Shown here: positions 26,618 through 39,410 of the stretch, one piece after another
Numbering within the stretch: the stretch's first letter is position 1
Layout: each line of letters starts with the position of its first letter
Source of the DNA: Octopus sinensis
Taxonomy: Eukaryota
Reading direction: 5' to 3'
NCBI RefSeq assembly: GCF_006345805.1
Contig: NC_043001.1
Coordinates: 56,358,001 to 56,422,000, forward strand
DNA length: 64,000 nt
Made by a program: the position numbers and the translations under genes
The notes under the pieces: generated by a model
The model's input: only the letters and a program-made list of their open reading frames with translations
What the model was told of the DNA's origin: nothing
Databases searched by the model: none

Positions 26618-26745
26618 AGAGAAATAGAGAGAAAAAGTGAGAGAAAGTAATAGAGATGGAGATAGACATAATGAAAATGTTTGTGTGTGTGATGGCGAGA
26701 GGAAACAAAAAGAAAAGCGGGGATGATAACATAAACAATACATAC
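25715..26745. repeat. ~1-kb GA-rich polypurine low-complexity tract
   Basis: Strong purine strand bias. Source of the 390-aa SL/F-rich spurious ORF. Confidence 0.85.
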
Positions 26746-26823
26746 ATACATGCAGACATATATAGAAATATACATGCATACATACATGCATACACACACA
26801 CTCACACACACACACAGACACAG

Positions 26824-26868
<45 letters not shown>

Positions 26869-26869
<1 letters not shown>

Positions 26870-27335
26870 GGATAAAGAAATCGAGTCCAGAATCGGGAAT
26901 GCTAGCTCCACTTTCAGTAAGCTTTATCACAGGCTTTGGAACAGTCATGACGGATTGTTGAAAGTGAAAGTTAATGTATATAAGTCGGTGGTCTTGACAA
27001 CATTGCTTTATGGTGCTGAATCTGGGACTTTGTACCGAAAGCACATCAATCAGCTTGACGCTTTTCATAAGCGATGCTTGCATACTATCTCCAACATAAA
27101 ACCATATTCATAACAGCGAGATACTTACAAAATGCAGCACTTCAGGTATTGAAGCCATCCTCATCAAAATACAGCTTAATTTTGCCAGGTCATTTTGCAC
27201 GTATGAGTGATATCAGAATTCCGAAGCAACTTCTCTTTGATCAATTCCCGAGAGGAAGGTCAGTTGCAAGGCCACATTTGCGTTTCAAAGACTAAAAGAC
27301 GATCCGGATGCTGGAAGATAATGGCATGAAAGGGG
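26869..27335 (+). mobile_element. RTE-clade LINE 3' fragment (RT thumb / C-terminus)
   Basis: DKEIESRIGNASSTFSKL...KVNVYKSVVLTTLLYGAES...LDAFHKRCL...GHFARMSDIRIPKQLLF. Confidence 0.85.
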
Positions 27336-28381
27336 ATTGTCTGTCTAATGAGGACGACTCCGCGCTCGATAGGGTATCCCATGAGCAACAGGTGGGTCCT
27401 GACTGCAGACTATTGTTAGCAACAGAAGTACTAGAAGTGGTGATACTTGGAATGTGAGAACTTTATATCACAGTGACAAGCTTGAAAATGCTAATAAACG
27501 GCCATAAATGAAACAAGGTGGCCGAATAATGATGCCTTCATCATCGATGATTTCAGGATCATTTATACAGGTGGTAACAAACATGAAAAAGGAGTAGGAC
27601 TACTTTTAGATCCTGATATGGCAAAAGGTGTCCTTGGCTACTGGATGGTAAATGAACGAGTTCTGCTTGTCAAACTGCATAGACATTCACTTATCATCTA
27701 CCATCGCAGTTGTTTATGCAGCCACAGCAAATAGCACAGAAGAGGAGGTTGATGCTTTCTATGAAACCTTGGTGGAAGCCAAGTCCCAGTACAACACAGA
27801 TGAAGTCAATATCATCATAGGACATCTGAATGCAAAGGTTGGTCATGGACAGAATGGCAAAGCAGTTGGTCTGTATGGAATTGGCTTGAAAAATGATAGA
27901 AGTTGAGGGACGGATATGAAGTAGAGAATATGATTATTACAAACACATGGTTGAAGGATCACTTTAAAAGAATATGCTCATGGAAGGCTCCTGGTGATAT
28001 CTTGAGCAAACACGTCGATAATATCTCCATCAATGACAGATTTAACAGATCAATGAAACAGAATGAAATAGCAGAAGAGTTATCTATAAATGTTTATCGA
28101 TATAGGATTCCATTATTCTATATTATCTAAGTCTATGAACTATATTTGGAATACAAGACAATATAATGAATTTTACACATAACTATTATGGATTATTACA
28201 GAAGAATTACCAAGGAAGCATATATGGATTTAAAGACTCTTATACTAAAGTGTACTTACCAAAATCAAAAGCAGTAATTTTTAATTTTATTTTATATTTC
28301 CAACAAACATCATTTTCGTATATTACTTCATATTTAAAAAAAAAACTACCATTCGATAAATTATACAAATTTCACATTTCA

Positions 28382-28473
28382 TATCTCTGGAGAGCAGAAG
28401 AATTGTCTATAAATGCTTATCAATATAGGATTCCATTATAGGGACAGTACTTCTGCGAAACGATCGTAAAATG
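28382..28473 (+). ncRNA. Type I hammerhead motif with a core substitution (CUGGAGA)
   Basis: uaucu-CUGGAGA (28387-93) GCAGAAG..49 nt..CUUCUGC (perfect 7-bp stem II) GAAA-C-GAUC-GUA (28457-68) aaaug. Stem I pairs 4 of 5. Confidence 0.7.
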
Positions 28474-28686
28474 CTTTAAAAACTTAATTCGAAACTTTTA
28501 AAATGTCATTATTATATATTTATACTTATACATATTTACATATATTTAAATATATTTATATTTTTAATACAAAAATTATTTTACTCACGTATATATCTTT
28601 CTGAAGAATTTTTTCGAGATCAGTGACGAAAAGTTACTGGAAAAACGATATAAGTATTTGCATTGGGACCCCTTTCATCGAAAACC

Positions 28687-28747
28687 GGTGATTGTCGTAC
28701 GCTGATGACAAGTCAATACCTAGAAACTGCAGTCCGTGCGTATCACT
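28687..28747 (+). ncRNA. Minimal type I hammerhead ribozyme with eroded stem II
   Basis: ggugau-ugu-cguacg CUGAUGA (28702-08) CAAGU-caau-ACCUA GAAA-C-UGCA-GUC (28723-34) cgugcg-u-aucacu. Stem I is 6+6 bp. Stem II has two mismatches that single transitions would repair. Confidence 0.8.
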
Positions 28748-29686
28748 TAGGTTGACGAGGGAAGGATGACCTCCCTTTGCAAATACCATAAGGGCACAGA
28801 AAGTGTGCCTAAAGCCAGCCGGAGACGATGTTCTCCTGGGGCTACAAGCTACAGTAACACCCACCCTTAGTGGTTAGCTATATTGAGATGGCAAGTATAC
28901 CTCACATTGTCGTGCAGTTTATACCTCGTTCAGAGATTTATTATTGCTTTTTATTATTGATCTCCTTATATTAATGATAGTATATAAAATATATATAATC
29001 GCTCATATTAAATACATAAATACTTTAATAGTATTAATACTTTAATACAATAGAGCGCTCAATATAAATTCAGTATATAATATTCTCATTGAATATATTT
29101 AACTAAAGATCAATGAAACATGCAAACATACACCCAGGAGTAGACTGTGGAAGCAACCATGTACCAGTGGTATGAATACTCCAATGTAAATTAAAGAAGG
29201 TGAAAAGAACAAGAACTACAAAGAAACTGAATATTGAGCGGCTGAATACGCCGAAGGTGCAGCTGGAGTATTCTACCAATGTAAAGAACAGGTTTAAACA
29301 GCTGATTGATAATGGCGAGATTATCGGAGATTATCGGAGAAGTAATGAGAAACACCTTAGCAGAAACAGCCCAGGAAATCCTGCTGAAGGAAAAGGAACA
29401 AAGTAATGAATGAATTACTGAGGAGTTACTTTCAATGGTAAGTAAGAGGCAGAAGATCAGGAGGAGGAAATCCAAAGAGAAGAGGGAGCTGGATAGACTC
29501 ATTAAATGGAAGTGTAGGGAGGCTAAAGAAACCTGGCTGAATGGACAGTGTGAAGAAATTGGAAGGTAATCTGCAGTATGACACAGAGTAGATCAGAGCA
29601 TAAATAGGAACTCTGATAGACAGTCATGATGCTCAAACTCCGGATGTATCAAAGCAAAGTATGGTACCGTGTTAGTCGAGAAGATT

Positions 29687-29883
29687 CGTTTCTACTCTAG
29701 GCACAAGGCCCTAAATTGGGGGAGGGGGCAGTCGATTAGATCGACCCCAGTACGCAACTGGTACTTAGTGTATCGATCCCGAAAGGATGAAAAGCGAAGT
29801 CGACCTTGGCGGAGTTTGAAGATAGATGAAATACCGCTAAGCATTTCGCCCGGCGTGCTAGCATTTCTGCCAGCTCACCGCCT
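29687..29883 (-). mobile_element. SINE family B with 17-bp TSD
   Basis: TGTTAGTCGAGAAGATT at 29670-29686 and 29884-29900. Confidence 0.88.
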
Positions 29884-31594
29884 TGTTAGTCGAGAAGATT
29901 GACATTTTGAATAGATGGACAGAGTATATAGGAGACTTATTTCATGATGCGAGAGAAACTTTGCCTAGTCTTTTCTTTTTATCGTATGAGTGTCCAAAGA
30001 ACCTGCCATATGAAGTACAGACAGTCATCAAAATGAAACAACAAAACTGCTGGACCAGATGGATGTATCATTGAGATTATAAAAACATTAGAAGAATATA
30101 AAATAAGAAAACTGACAAATGCAATTATCAAGATCTATGCTGATAAGGAATTTCCAGAAGATCTGAGTAAATCCATCTTCATTCAGGAAGAAAGCAGGAG
30201 CGGCGGACTGTGAACAACGTCGCACGATTGGTCACATGAGTCATGGTACAAAGATCATTCTGAGAAACACAGTTTGGCTTTATAAAGGATGCTGGTATTA
30301 GGGATACTATGTTTGTATTGAGAATGATAACGGAACAGATAGTGGAAATACAGAAAGTCGTCTTCATGTGTTTCGTAGATTACACAACGGCCTTCGACAA
30401 AGTAAGACAAGACATATTATTTAAAGAACTCAGTAACCTTTGTCTGCGAATCTTGCAGAGCCTGTACTGGAACCAATCAGCGTGCATAAAGGTGGATGGA
30501 GAATATAGTGACTAGACTAGGATTAAGAGAGGGGTTAGACAAGGGTGGCTTATGTCATCATATCTCTTCAATAACTATAGAGAAATGATTGTAAGAGAAT
30601 TGGAGAAGGATAAAACCTTAATGTAGGAGGCAAAAACATAAGATATGCAAATGATAGTCTTACGTGAGAAATCAGAAAATGAACTTATGGGGCTTCTGGG
30701 TGTAGGGGGTCAGAGAAAGTGAGAGGAATGAACTGTTCACAAATTGCAAGACGACGGAGTGTGTGGTGGTAACAAATAAGGGAAGCCCAAAGTGCATGCT
30801 GCTGAAAGTGAATAATCAAATTATTAAGCAAGTATCATCCTCAAACTTCTTTTGAATTTTGATCATAGAAGATGGAAGACGTGTGAAGGATATCAAAAGA
30901 CGAATAGTGTTGGCAAAATCTGCCTTCGCAAAATTGTACGTCTTGAGAAACTGTACTTTGAGCATCAAGACCAATATGTGTATATTGAACTGTTGTGTAC
31001 TCTGCGCTATTGTATGGAAGTGATGCACAGTCTACAACATCAGAAACGAGACGGTGCTTGGAGAGCTGTGAAATGTTGCTCTTAAGGAGAATATTGAGGG
31101 TACCATGGATAAAGTGTCTAATGAAAAAGTGATGAACTGGACTGCAGAAAATAGGAAACTACTTCGTGAGATAAGGGCCGAGTAACTAAGAAGAACCAAG
31201 CAGCTTGATCATGTGATGAGGAAAGCGAGCCTGGAGAACTTAGCGATCACTGGAATGATTGAAGGGAAAAGAAGCGAAGGAACGAGAAGGAGAATATAGA
31301 TGTCATGCTTCACGAAATGGTTGGTTATTGCGACTGTTACGCTTCGATGCCAGTACAAACTGAATGGTCTCAATTCCACTTCTGCGGATACTCAAACAAC
31401 GATTTGGAATAGCTTGTTACATATGACCAGAGTTGAAAATTCTGTGCCGTGCACCGCTTCTTAGAGTAACAAGAAATATATGTACATATTCACATTTGTA
31501 TATGCATATATAATATGCATATATACTAGATATACGCATATATCGACAAATATATAAATAAAAAAATACATATTCAAACGAGTATATGTGTGTG

Positions 31595-31629
<35 letters not shown>

Positions 31630-32794
31630 ATGTAAACACAGAAAACGTAACTGGTATATGTTCTTTACATAATGTACACGTGTTTCAATAAGTTGATCAC
31701 CGTTATCACGTAGACTTGTTAGGAAATTCAACTGTCTCGTTTCCTCAGCATTACCGACAAAAATGCAACATTAAGGACATTACAACCGCTTCGGCTCTCT
31801 ACTCACTGTGTTAAATTGCATAATGTTGTATACAACAACAGTATACTGTCATCGTAAAGAGTCGAAGTTTAGCCTGTCATCGTAATTCCGGTAGCGTCTC
31901 AACCGGTAGTTTTGGGAGGTCCGAGGCTTCCTGTGGGTAATAATCGTCCCTACCTCACTATACACTCATCCCAAATTATCTTCAAATACCAAAGTAGCAT
32001 TTCTCTTGTCCCTGCCCCTCTGTTAATATTACATGTATGAATGCACTATGAAACTGTGAAGTGTTTTATTTCCAGACAGTACTGAAGTTACGACGATAAT
32101 TTGTGAATTTTCTTACTTTATCCAGTTTTATACAATATTCTTCAGAAATACTCTAATTTTCGCCTCCATGTGAATCACGAAAAAGTATTTCATATTGTTT
32201 TCTAACGGATGTCATTGCAATTGTGTAGAAACCCTTAATACTTTGGACTCACTTTCAGATATCTGGAACCGGAGAATTAGCCTCGTAACGAATCTCACGT
32301 TGAGGCTCAGTTGATGGTTATTTATCTTGAGACCGGTTACTCTGAGATAAGTATATGACTTATGTTATCTGTCTCCCCTCATTGCTAGAATTTTGTCTTC
32401 AGTAACAGTGAGAGCCAAGGAGAAGATAAGATGACTAAAAGGAATGATCACCGCATCGCTACACTTGATGCTTAATACCAACAGCCAAATCTCCTTTAAC
32501 TTTTAGTATGTCAACACATTTTAATCGAAATGCCAGATGATTGTAAAGGTGATTATAACAAGCCAGTCTTCAACGCAGTTGCTTTACACTGGTCATCATT
32601 TAATGGTAGACATCATCTGAAACATGCTTCTCCTTAAGGTAGAGAAATGGTGTTCGTCTTCGCATTTTGTATGAGAGCGAGCATCCTTAAGAAGAAACAT
32701 TTCAGGTGATAGGGATAAACAATATACAAATTTTCCAAAATGTAATAAAATTTGAAACGTTTGCTGACCTTTTCTTTTTTAGTTAAATAAATTC

Positions 32795-32960
32795 CAGCTG
32801 CGGTAGCGTGGGCATATAGCGCGCATGCCAGACAACAGACGTCCCAAACAGATCTTCTTTAATGAAATAGCTCTCAGTCACATAGTAGTCCAAAGAAGTG
32901 ATGCAAAGAAGCCCTCAAAACAGCCTTAAAAATTATAACTTAGTGTAGTCTCTTTAGGAA
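32795..32960 (+). mobile_element. Short RTE 3' fragment
   Basis: QLR*RGHIARMPDNRRPKQIFFNE resembles the RTE LRWxGHxxRM..R.PK motif. Confidence 0.5.
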
Positions 32961-34178
32961 CATCCTGCTCGAGACAGCTCACTGTGTTTTGTACTCAGAA
33001 TCAGATATGATTAGAGAAGCTAAAAAGAGGTGTGTGCAGGAATGCAAGTGTCCCACCCATCTAACCAAAATTAGCATAATAATGTACCTCAGGATTCACA
33101 AAATGTGAAGCTGATAACCTGGAAATTTTCAGAGGCGTGCAGGACAAATCCAGTAATATCTCCAGGTGCAATACGAAGATGCTCGACAATAAAGCAGTCT
33201 TCGAATAAATATTTCGGTTAATTAAAAAAAAAATTGTGAGTTAGAAATTGCTGCATTGCATTTCTAACATGGCATTTGTATTCATGCACAAAGGCAATAA
33301 AGATGATATGTTTGGGTGGTTATTGGAAAAGGGAAAAACAATATATAAACACATTATTTTAATGTGTTTCGAATCAACATAACATTTCGATAGCACTCAC
33401 GCGCACAACATGATTGTATGGCAAGCGATTAACATATACATGTCAACACCCCAGTTTTCTACCTACTTACACACACTTAGACACACAATATAGATATATT
33501 CTATGTAAACTTAAGGGCCAAGAAAGTCAGAAACATCATTTGATCCCTTACTCTGTCTTTCATTTACCTTTCCACTTTTTCCTTTCTCACTGCTTCTCTC
33601 ACATGAATGGGGTCTGTTTCGCTCTTACTTTGTCACTTCCCTCTTGCTTTATCGATCTACATACATGCAATTGTCTGCCTATCTATGACGTCAGCAATAA
33701 TTCAACCAATCCTGTGTCTTGCACACTCTCACAGACAGATACATACACATGCACAGAGATATACACACGCACGCGCGTTCAGGAGCAATCATACACAAAA
33801 TAGTCAAGAAGTTAAAAATATCTGCAGACATTTTAAACACGGGAAGCTTAACATGGTTAGGCGAATATAGCAAATTCGACATTAGAATTATCTGGGTAAT
33901 TACAAGATAACTATATCCCTCATATTTATGATAATGGTTTCATATTGTGGCACAACGCACCACCTTCTCTCATGTTTATAATAAAAACAAATGTAGCAAC
34001 AGCAATAAGAAGAATAACTACTAAAACCACAAAAACTACAACAATAGCAATAATATTAATATTACTACTGCTGCTACTACTACTGCTGCTGTTGGTACTA
34101 CTATTGCTAAAAATAATCATAATGATGATGATGATGATGATGATGATGGTGATGGAATTTCTCGTCGAGGACGACGTA

Positions 34179-35094
34179 TGAGTGTTCAGCTTTTGCCGAA
34201 CAACTTTCACAACTGATTAGTTTATAGCGATCAAGTGTATGTGTTGCATATTAAAATTTTATCCAACATATTCCCCTCTCGGATTCACCCACTTATTGCA
34301 GCGGTCCTTCAGTTTTCCTAAGCCCAGAAAAAAATTCGGAAGTTTGGGGCTCTACCCAGGCCTCTGTAGCAGCGATCGCTTCCGAATCGGAGTGAAATTT
34401 CTTTCGCTTGAGATCTTTTTTCAGTTGTGGAAAGAGGTGATAGTCAGTGAAGGACGAGTCAGGAAGGTAAAGTGGGTGGTCTACCGATTCGAAGTCCTTA
34501 TCCGTAGGTTATGTGCTAAGTGTGCTAGTGCATGCGCCTGCAAAAACCGGACACCGCAGCTCAGCTTACCACGGCGTTTCAGCTTCAAAGTTTCACACAA
34601 TTTGTCCAACACAGACATGTAGTATTCTGCGTGGATTGTGCGATCCTCTGGCAGGTATTTTATGAGGAGTGCTTCGTCTTTGTCTCTGAACACTGAAGCC
34701 AGAAACTTATGAGTTGACATCTGGATCCGAAATTTCTTTGGACGCCGTGAGCCGCTGTGGCGCCACTCCATTGATTGACACCTAGATTTTCACTGGAGAG
34801 TAAGATGGGCAGACATCCTTCAAGACGTCCTTCATCTTGCTACAGACTTCCGTCGCTCCTTTGCCTTGCAAAGAGAGCAGCTTCATGGCCACCCATGCTT
34901 CAGTCTTATCAAATTCCAGTGTAGAAGTTGCCACCATACGTTAAATCTGCAAAAAAAAGAGAGGAAGATATTTTGTATACATCATGATTTTTGCATATTT
35001 GCTCTTAAATAGTTGTTCTACCATTCCTGTAAAGGTAACAGCTATACACTTTCGCGATATCCTTAAAGCCAGGATATCCTTAAAGCACCCCTCG
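34179..35094 (-). mobile_element. Internally deleted mariner (DD34D-type) transposon
   Basis: MEWRHSGSRRPKKFRIQMSTHKFLASVFRD...TIHAEYY...KRRGKL and DHPLYLPDSSFTDYHLFPQLK. TA-CGAGGGGTG end at 35094-35096. The left end is weak. Confidence 0.8.
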
Positions 35095-35099
35095 TATAC

Positions 35100-35710
35100 A
35101 TGTACTCTTTCAAGTATTGAGCCATCTGAATACTTCATCAAAAAGTTTGGTATTTCCAGCTTTTGATGTCAGAAAATTGCACTCTTTGAGATGGTCTCAA
35201 GTGCACCGATCACAATAGGTACCACACTCACTTCCGAGACTCTATGGATTTATTTAACTTCCAATGCTAGGTCTTGCTACTTCCTTGTTTTCTCACCCTA
35301 TACCCTCGTAATATTCTAGTCTACAGGTATAGCTACTTCGATGAAGGCCCATTCTTTAGACTCCTTCTGTAGGATGATAGCAATATCCGGTCGGTTAATA
35401 TTGCAGCTTTTTGTCTGTGTATAACGGCATATTCCATGTGAGTTCTACCTGATCATTCCCTGGTGCTAGCAAAGGTTGATGCTCTTACTACTCGTTGGAA
35501 TATCAGTATATTCGCACTGCTTCTTTGGCGTTTTTTATACTCTTTTCGGACTAGTGTTGAACATTCACTAATTAAGTGTCTCAGATGATTTTCCAAATAG
35601 TCTACACAAAGGTGACTTTATAGAGTTGGTTCGTAAAGCTTGATCCTAAGCAACAAGAATCAGTCCTTTCTTTAAAAATAACCACGTCTTAACCATCTCC
35701 AAGATTCTTC
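35100..35710 (-). mobile_element. Decayed R4/Dong-like LINE 3' fragment (CCHC + RLE)
   Basis: SWRWLRRG...DQALRTN...CRLFGK...HLISEC...NRPDIAI...FIEVAIPVD...VVPIVIGAL. Confidence 0.7.
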
Positions 35711-35839
35711 ATCAGTTTCAACTGCTATATGTTGGAAAAACTATCCGTGTAGGATTTTTTGTTTTCAGTTGATGATCTTTTAATCACAATTCCTCAGATA
35801 TTAAGACCTTTCACAGTATCCAATATCGTGTACTAACAA

Positions 35840-36045
35840 TGTGAGTCACACTTTCAACTCAACGCTGTTCCCATACATTCTGCAGAGGTTCGTTGCACTG
35901 GTGTGGTATATATCTCTTTTCACTAAGCTTTTATTCAATACCTGATCATGAGCCGCGACGATTAGGCTTTCAGTCTTCTTTTTTAGGTCACCCTTGATGA
36001 GCCACCTCCATGATGCTTCCTGCTGGCCTTGTGCCAGAATTTGAA
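35840..36045 (-). mobile_element. Second R4/Dong-like fragment
   Basis: QEASWRWLIKGDLKKKTESLIVAAHDQVLN...LCRMYG...SVTHIVS, closely similar to ORF 47208..47699. Confidence 0.7.
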
Positions 36046-36120
36046 ATCCTCCTCCTCCTCCGCCTCCTCCTCCTCACCACCACCACCACCACCACCACCA
36101 CCACCACACTACTACTACTA

Positions 36121-36204
<84 letters not shown>

Positions 36205-36205
36205 T
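36046..36205. repeat. Compound (CCT)/(CCA)/(CTA)n trinucleotide microsatellite
   Basis: Directly visible. Confidence 0.95.
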
Positions 36206-36479
36206 TTGGAATGACCTGAAACACTATTTCAAAAACCTTTGTAGGTATTGACGACTGATGTGATTTAATTGCAAATCAATAGCGCAACAACGTTTCTGAG
36301 GAAGAGTGGTAGTTTTTTATAATACTAATATTCGTACTAATTAGTGTATTCATACATGTATATACTGGCTTGCATATTAGATTACATTATATTTTAGCTT
36401 TACGGACAGATGATTGAGTACTGTGTATGCATTGCATACTGAAAACCTTTAATGAAAGACGTATTAAGAAATCTCCGCA

Positions 36480-36536
<57 letters not shown>

Positions 36537-36692
36537 TCACACACATACATACGCACACATTTGTACATACACATATCTGCATCTGCATAAGCGTATATGT
36601 ATGAGTGTATGGTGTGTGTCTGTGTGTGTTTGTGTGCATGCGTCCGTATATATGTGTATATATATGCATACATACAGACCAATCTATGTACG

Positions 36693-36743
<51 letters not shown>

Positions 36744-36885
36744 GTACATACATAGATACATATATATATACATGCATATGTATACATATACATATATACA
36801 TATATATATCTACATATATGTATATATATATATTTATATATATACATTATATATATGCACACAAAAATATGTATATATATATATG

Positions 36886-36925
<40 letters not shown>

Positions 36926-37212
36926 CATGCATATTTCAATTCATAAATATTTCATTATCAACGTTTATAAAATAAACAAGTGTTATTACATGATAACATA
37001 AAATTATGATATATTATGTAACAGAAAAATAATTAATTAAAATTTAATTATTCATTTAATTACTCTTACATCTAATTTACACGGAACGCATTGAGACTTT
37101 GTATACCTAATCACGTGCATGTGTGGGTTTGTGAGTGCGTGTGTGTTTGTGTGCAAATATGTATGTGCATGCATACACATATATATATATGTAATGTACA
37201 TAGGCATGTATG

Positions 37213-37269
<57 letters not shown>

Positions 37270-37899
37270 AGAGAGAGAGAGATAAAATTATACGTACACA
37301 AACACCCCCTCCCGCCGATACATATGTGTGTGCTTGTGTGCTTGCGCGTGTGTGTATGTGTGTTCGTGTGTTTGTGTATGTATTCACTTAATTCATATGT
37401 GCATATATATACATACATACACATTTTTAAATATATCTCGGTTGAATAATCGATAAAATGATTGATATTCCCTGAATTTCTTAAAAATGCACCACCTTAA
37501 ATTATATGAAAGGTAAGAAATAGTTTATCGTGTATTTAACCGAATATGTCATGTATTTAACCGAATAATTATTTCTACCTTTTCAATGTGTGAGGATTTC
37601 TTTAAGTTGTTGATTTGCTAGCACAAGAAAAAAAAGGGAAAAGAAAAACAAGAAACCAATATGCATATATATGTTTCTGTACATTGATAAATATGTCAGA
37701 ATGCAAATGCACGAGTATATATGCGCACATACACACTGGCGTACACTTCACACATACATACACACACTTGCTAGAAGCAACTTAATAGTGTCATTAGATC
37801 GTTGAATAGACTGCTTTGGAGTAAATTCTAATTCTTGAGGACAACCTTTCTCTCCAAACATTCAGTGTCTAATAGCGCATCATTTTTCTTCTTTCTTTC

Positions 37900-39180
37900 T
37901 GCCTGCCTGTCTGTTCTCTTCCACATATTTTCTCTTTCTGGAAGAAACTGGTTGAGTTCCGACATATGGAGTGATGACCTCCGCCAGGTCTAAAAAATGC
38001 CCATTTGTCAGCAAATGCTCTGGCAGACAGGAACCACTCCTTCTGCAGGTAAAGTGACGGAAGCTTTCCTGGTACTGTCATGTATGCCACCACACCTCCC
38101 TACTCAAAACTATTCTTCAGGGCACAGATAAGGGCAGCCGAAAGTGAGTAAGATAGAGAGAATTCTGGTTCGACAACAACTAGGACTGGACAAGTAATAG
38201 CACCAATGGTGATGGCTGACTACGAAAGCGTCGTGAGTGGTACCCCAACAACTGGCTGCATCAGTTAAAGGATCTTGATGATGATGATACATTATTTCGA
38301 ATGGTTGATGTTCTATGAATCGTAAGAGATGCACTTGTAACTTAACCTTTTCTTACTATCATACGATAGTCATTCTAACACTCGGCAGCTCTTATCATTG
38401 CACTGGTGTGATAATACACATGAAAGCTACTCGCTGGATAATGAAGTAGTCAATGAGACGTCAATGATGTGATATCGGTGTGTTGACGTTGGTGAAATCG
38501 TGTCTTTATACAGAAAAAGAAACATGTTGCTATGTCAGTTTTCTTAACGTTGGCCTCACGAACCGATGATAATTTTTATTCCTCATTACTCTTGGATTTA
38601 ATTCACCTGTAAGGCCAATCCTGTCCTGTTTGGCGTCTCGGTGATTGCTTAAAGTTCTAATAGAGGTGGTTCTTGTTCTGATTATCAGATAGCGGAATAG
38701 GTACATTGACTCTCAGTAAAGTGCCATTGGTCCGTAACAGAAATACGAAATGACAGATACCAACAAGTGACAGAGCTTTTGGAAGAGTTTTTTCTTGAAT
38801 TCTATGCCGTTAATGCTCATACCTTCAGTTTAGTTCCTCCAGAAGAAAACATCTGCCTTAATTTACGTCGTTAAGCGAGCTCCCCTCTAAGTGTCCAGAT
38901 CTCAACTTCCTTGGTTGTAATAGTTGTCTCATACTGGATGGAGTCAGTCAAATTGTTCAAGTCAAGCAGTCTGTATATTTTAGGTGACAAGCCTAAGTGG
39001 CACGTTTTGTTTTGTCGTTTTCGACCGTTCTGTGGTATGTCTCGATACGTCTTCTTCTCCTGGGACTGAACCGGAGGAACAATTCTTGTAAGACTTGTTA
39101 GGTCATTCCGAAGCAAGAGTGAGCAGCTTAGTCTTTTGATGGGACTGCTCAGTCAAACATAATTCTATCGAGTATAGTTC
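37900..39180 (-). mobile_element. Decayed RTE-like APE endonuclease relic
   Basis: Minus strand DRIGLTGELNPRV (GDFNARV-like) and HRYHIIDV (HxIDY-like). Confidence 0.4.
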
Positions 39181-39190
39181 CTCCCCACAT

Positions 39191-39410
39191 CCTATTTCTT
39201 TATTACTCACAAGGGGCTAAACATAGAGGGGACAAACAAGGACAGACATAGGTATTAAGTCGACTACATCGACCCCAATGCGTAACTAGTACTTAATGTA
39301 TAGACCCCGAAAGGATGAAAGGCAAAGTCGACCTCGGTGGAATTTGAACTCAGAACGTAACGGCAGACGAAATACGGCTACTCATTTCGTCCGTGCTAAC
39401 GTTTCTGTAC
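39191..39410 (-). mobile_element. SINE family B
   Basis: Reverse-complement match to 56147-56358. Confidence 0.8.

Larger units (their letters stand above)
28061..29106 (+). mobile_element. ~1.05-kb insert with two hammerhead motifs, no recognisable intact ORF and a 14-bp TSD (non-autonomous PLE or retrozyme-like)
   Basis: AGATCAATGAAACA at 28047-28060 and 29107-29120. Removing the insert restores the RTE APE reading DRFNRSMK-HANIHPGVDCGSNH. Confidence 0.8.
27400..31330 (+). mobile_element. Decayed near-full-length RTE-clade LINE (APE + RT) interrupted by two insertions
   Basis: TWNVRTL-like start, IIGHLNAKVG, ITNTW, HPGVDCGSNHVPV, DILNRWTEYIGDLF, FMCFVDYTTAFDKV, RGVRQG. Many stops and frameshifts. 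Split at 28061-29106 and 29687-29883. Confidence 0.85.

Noticed and set aside
28601-28660. CTGAAGA at 28601 as a third hammerhead in the insert
   Set aside because: No GAAA with a valid stem III follows the putative stem II. Kept only as part of the hairpin cluster.
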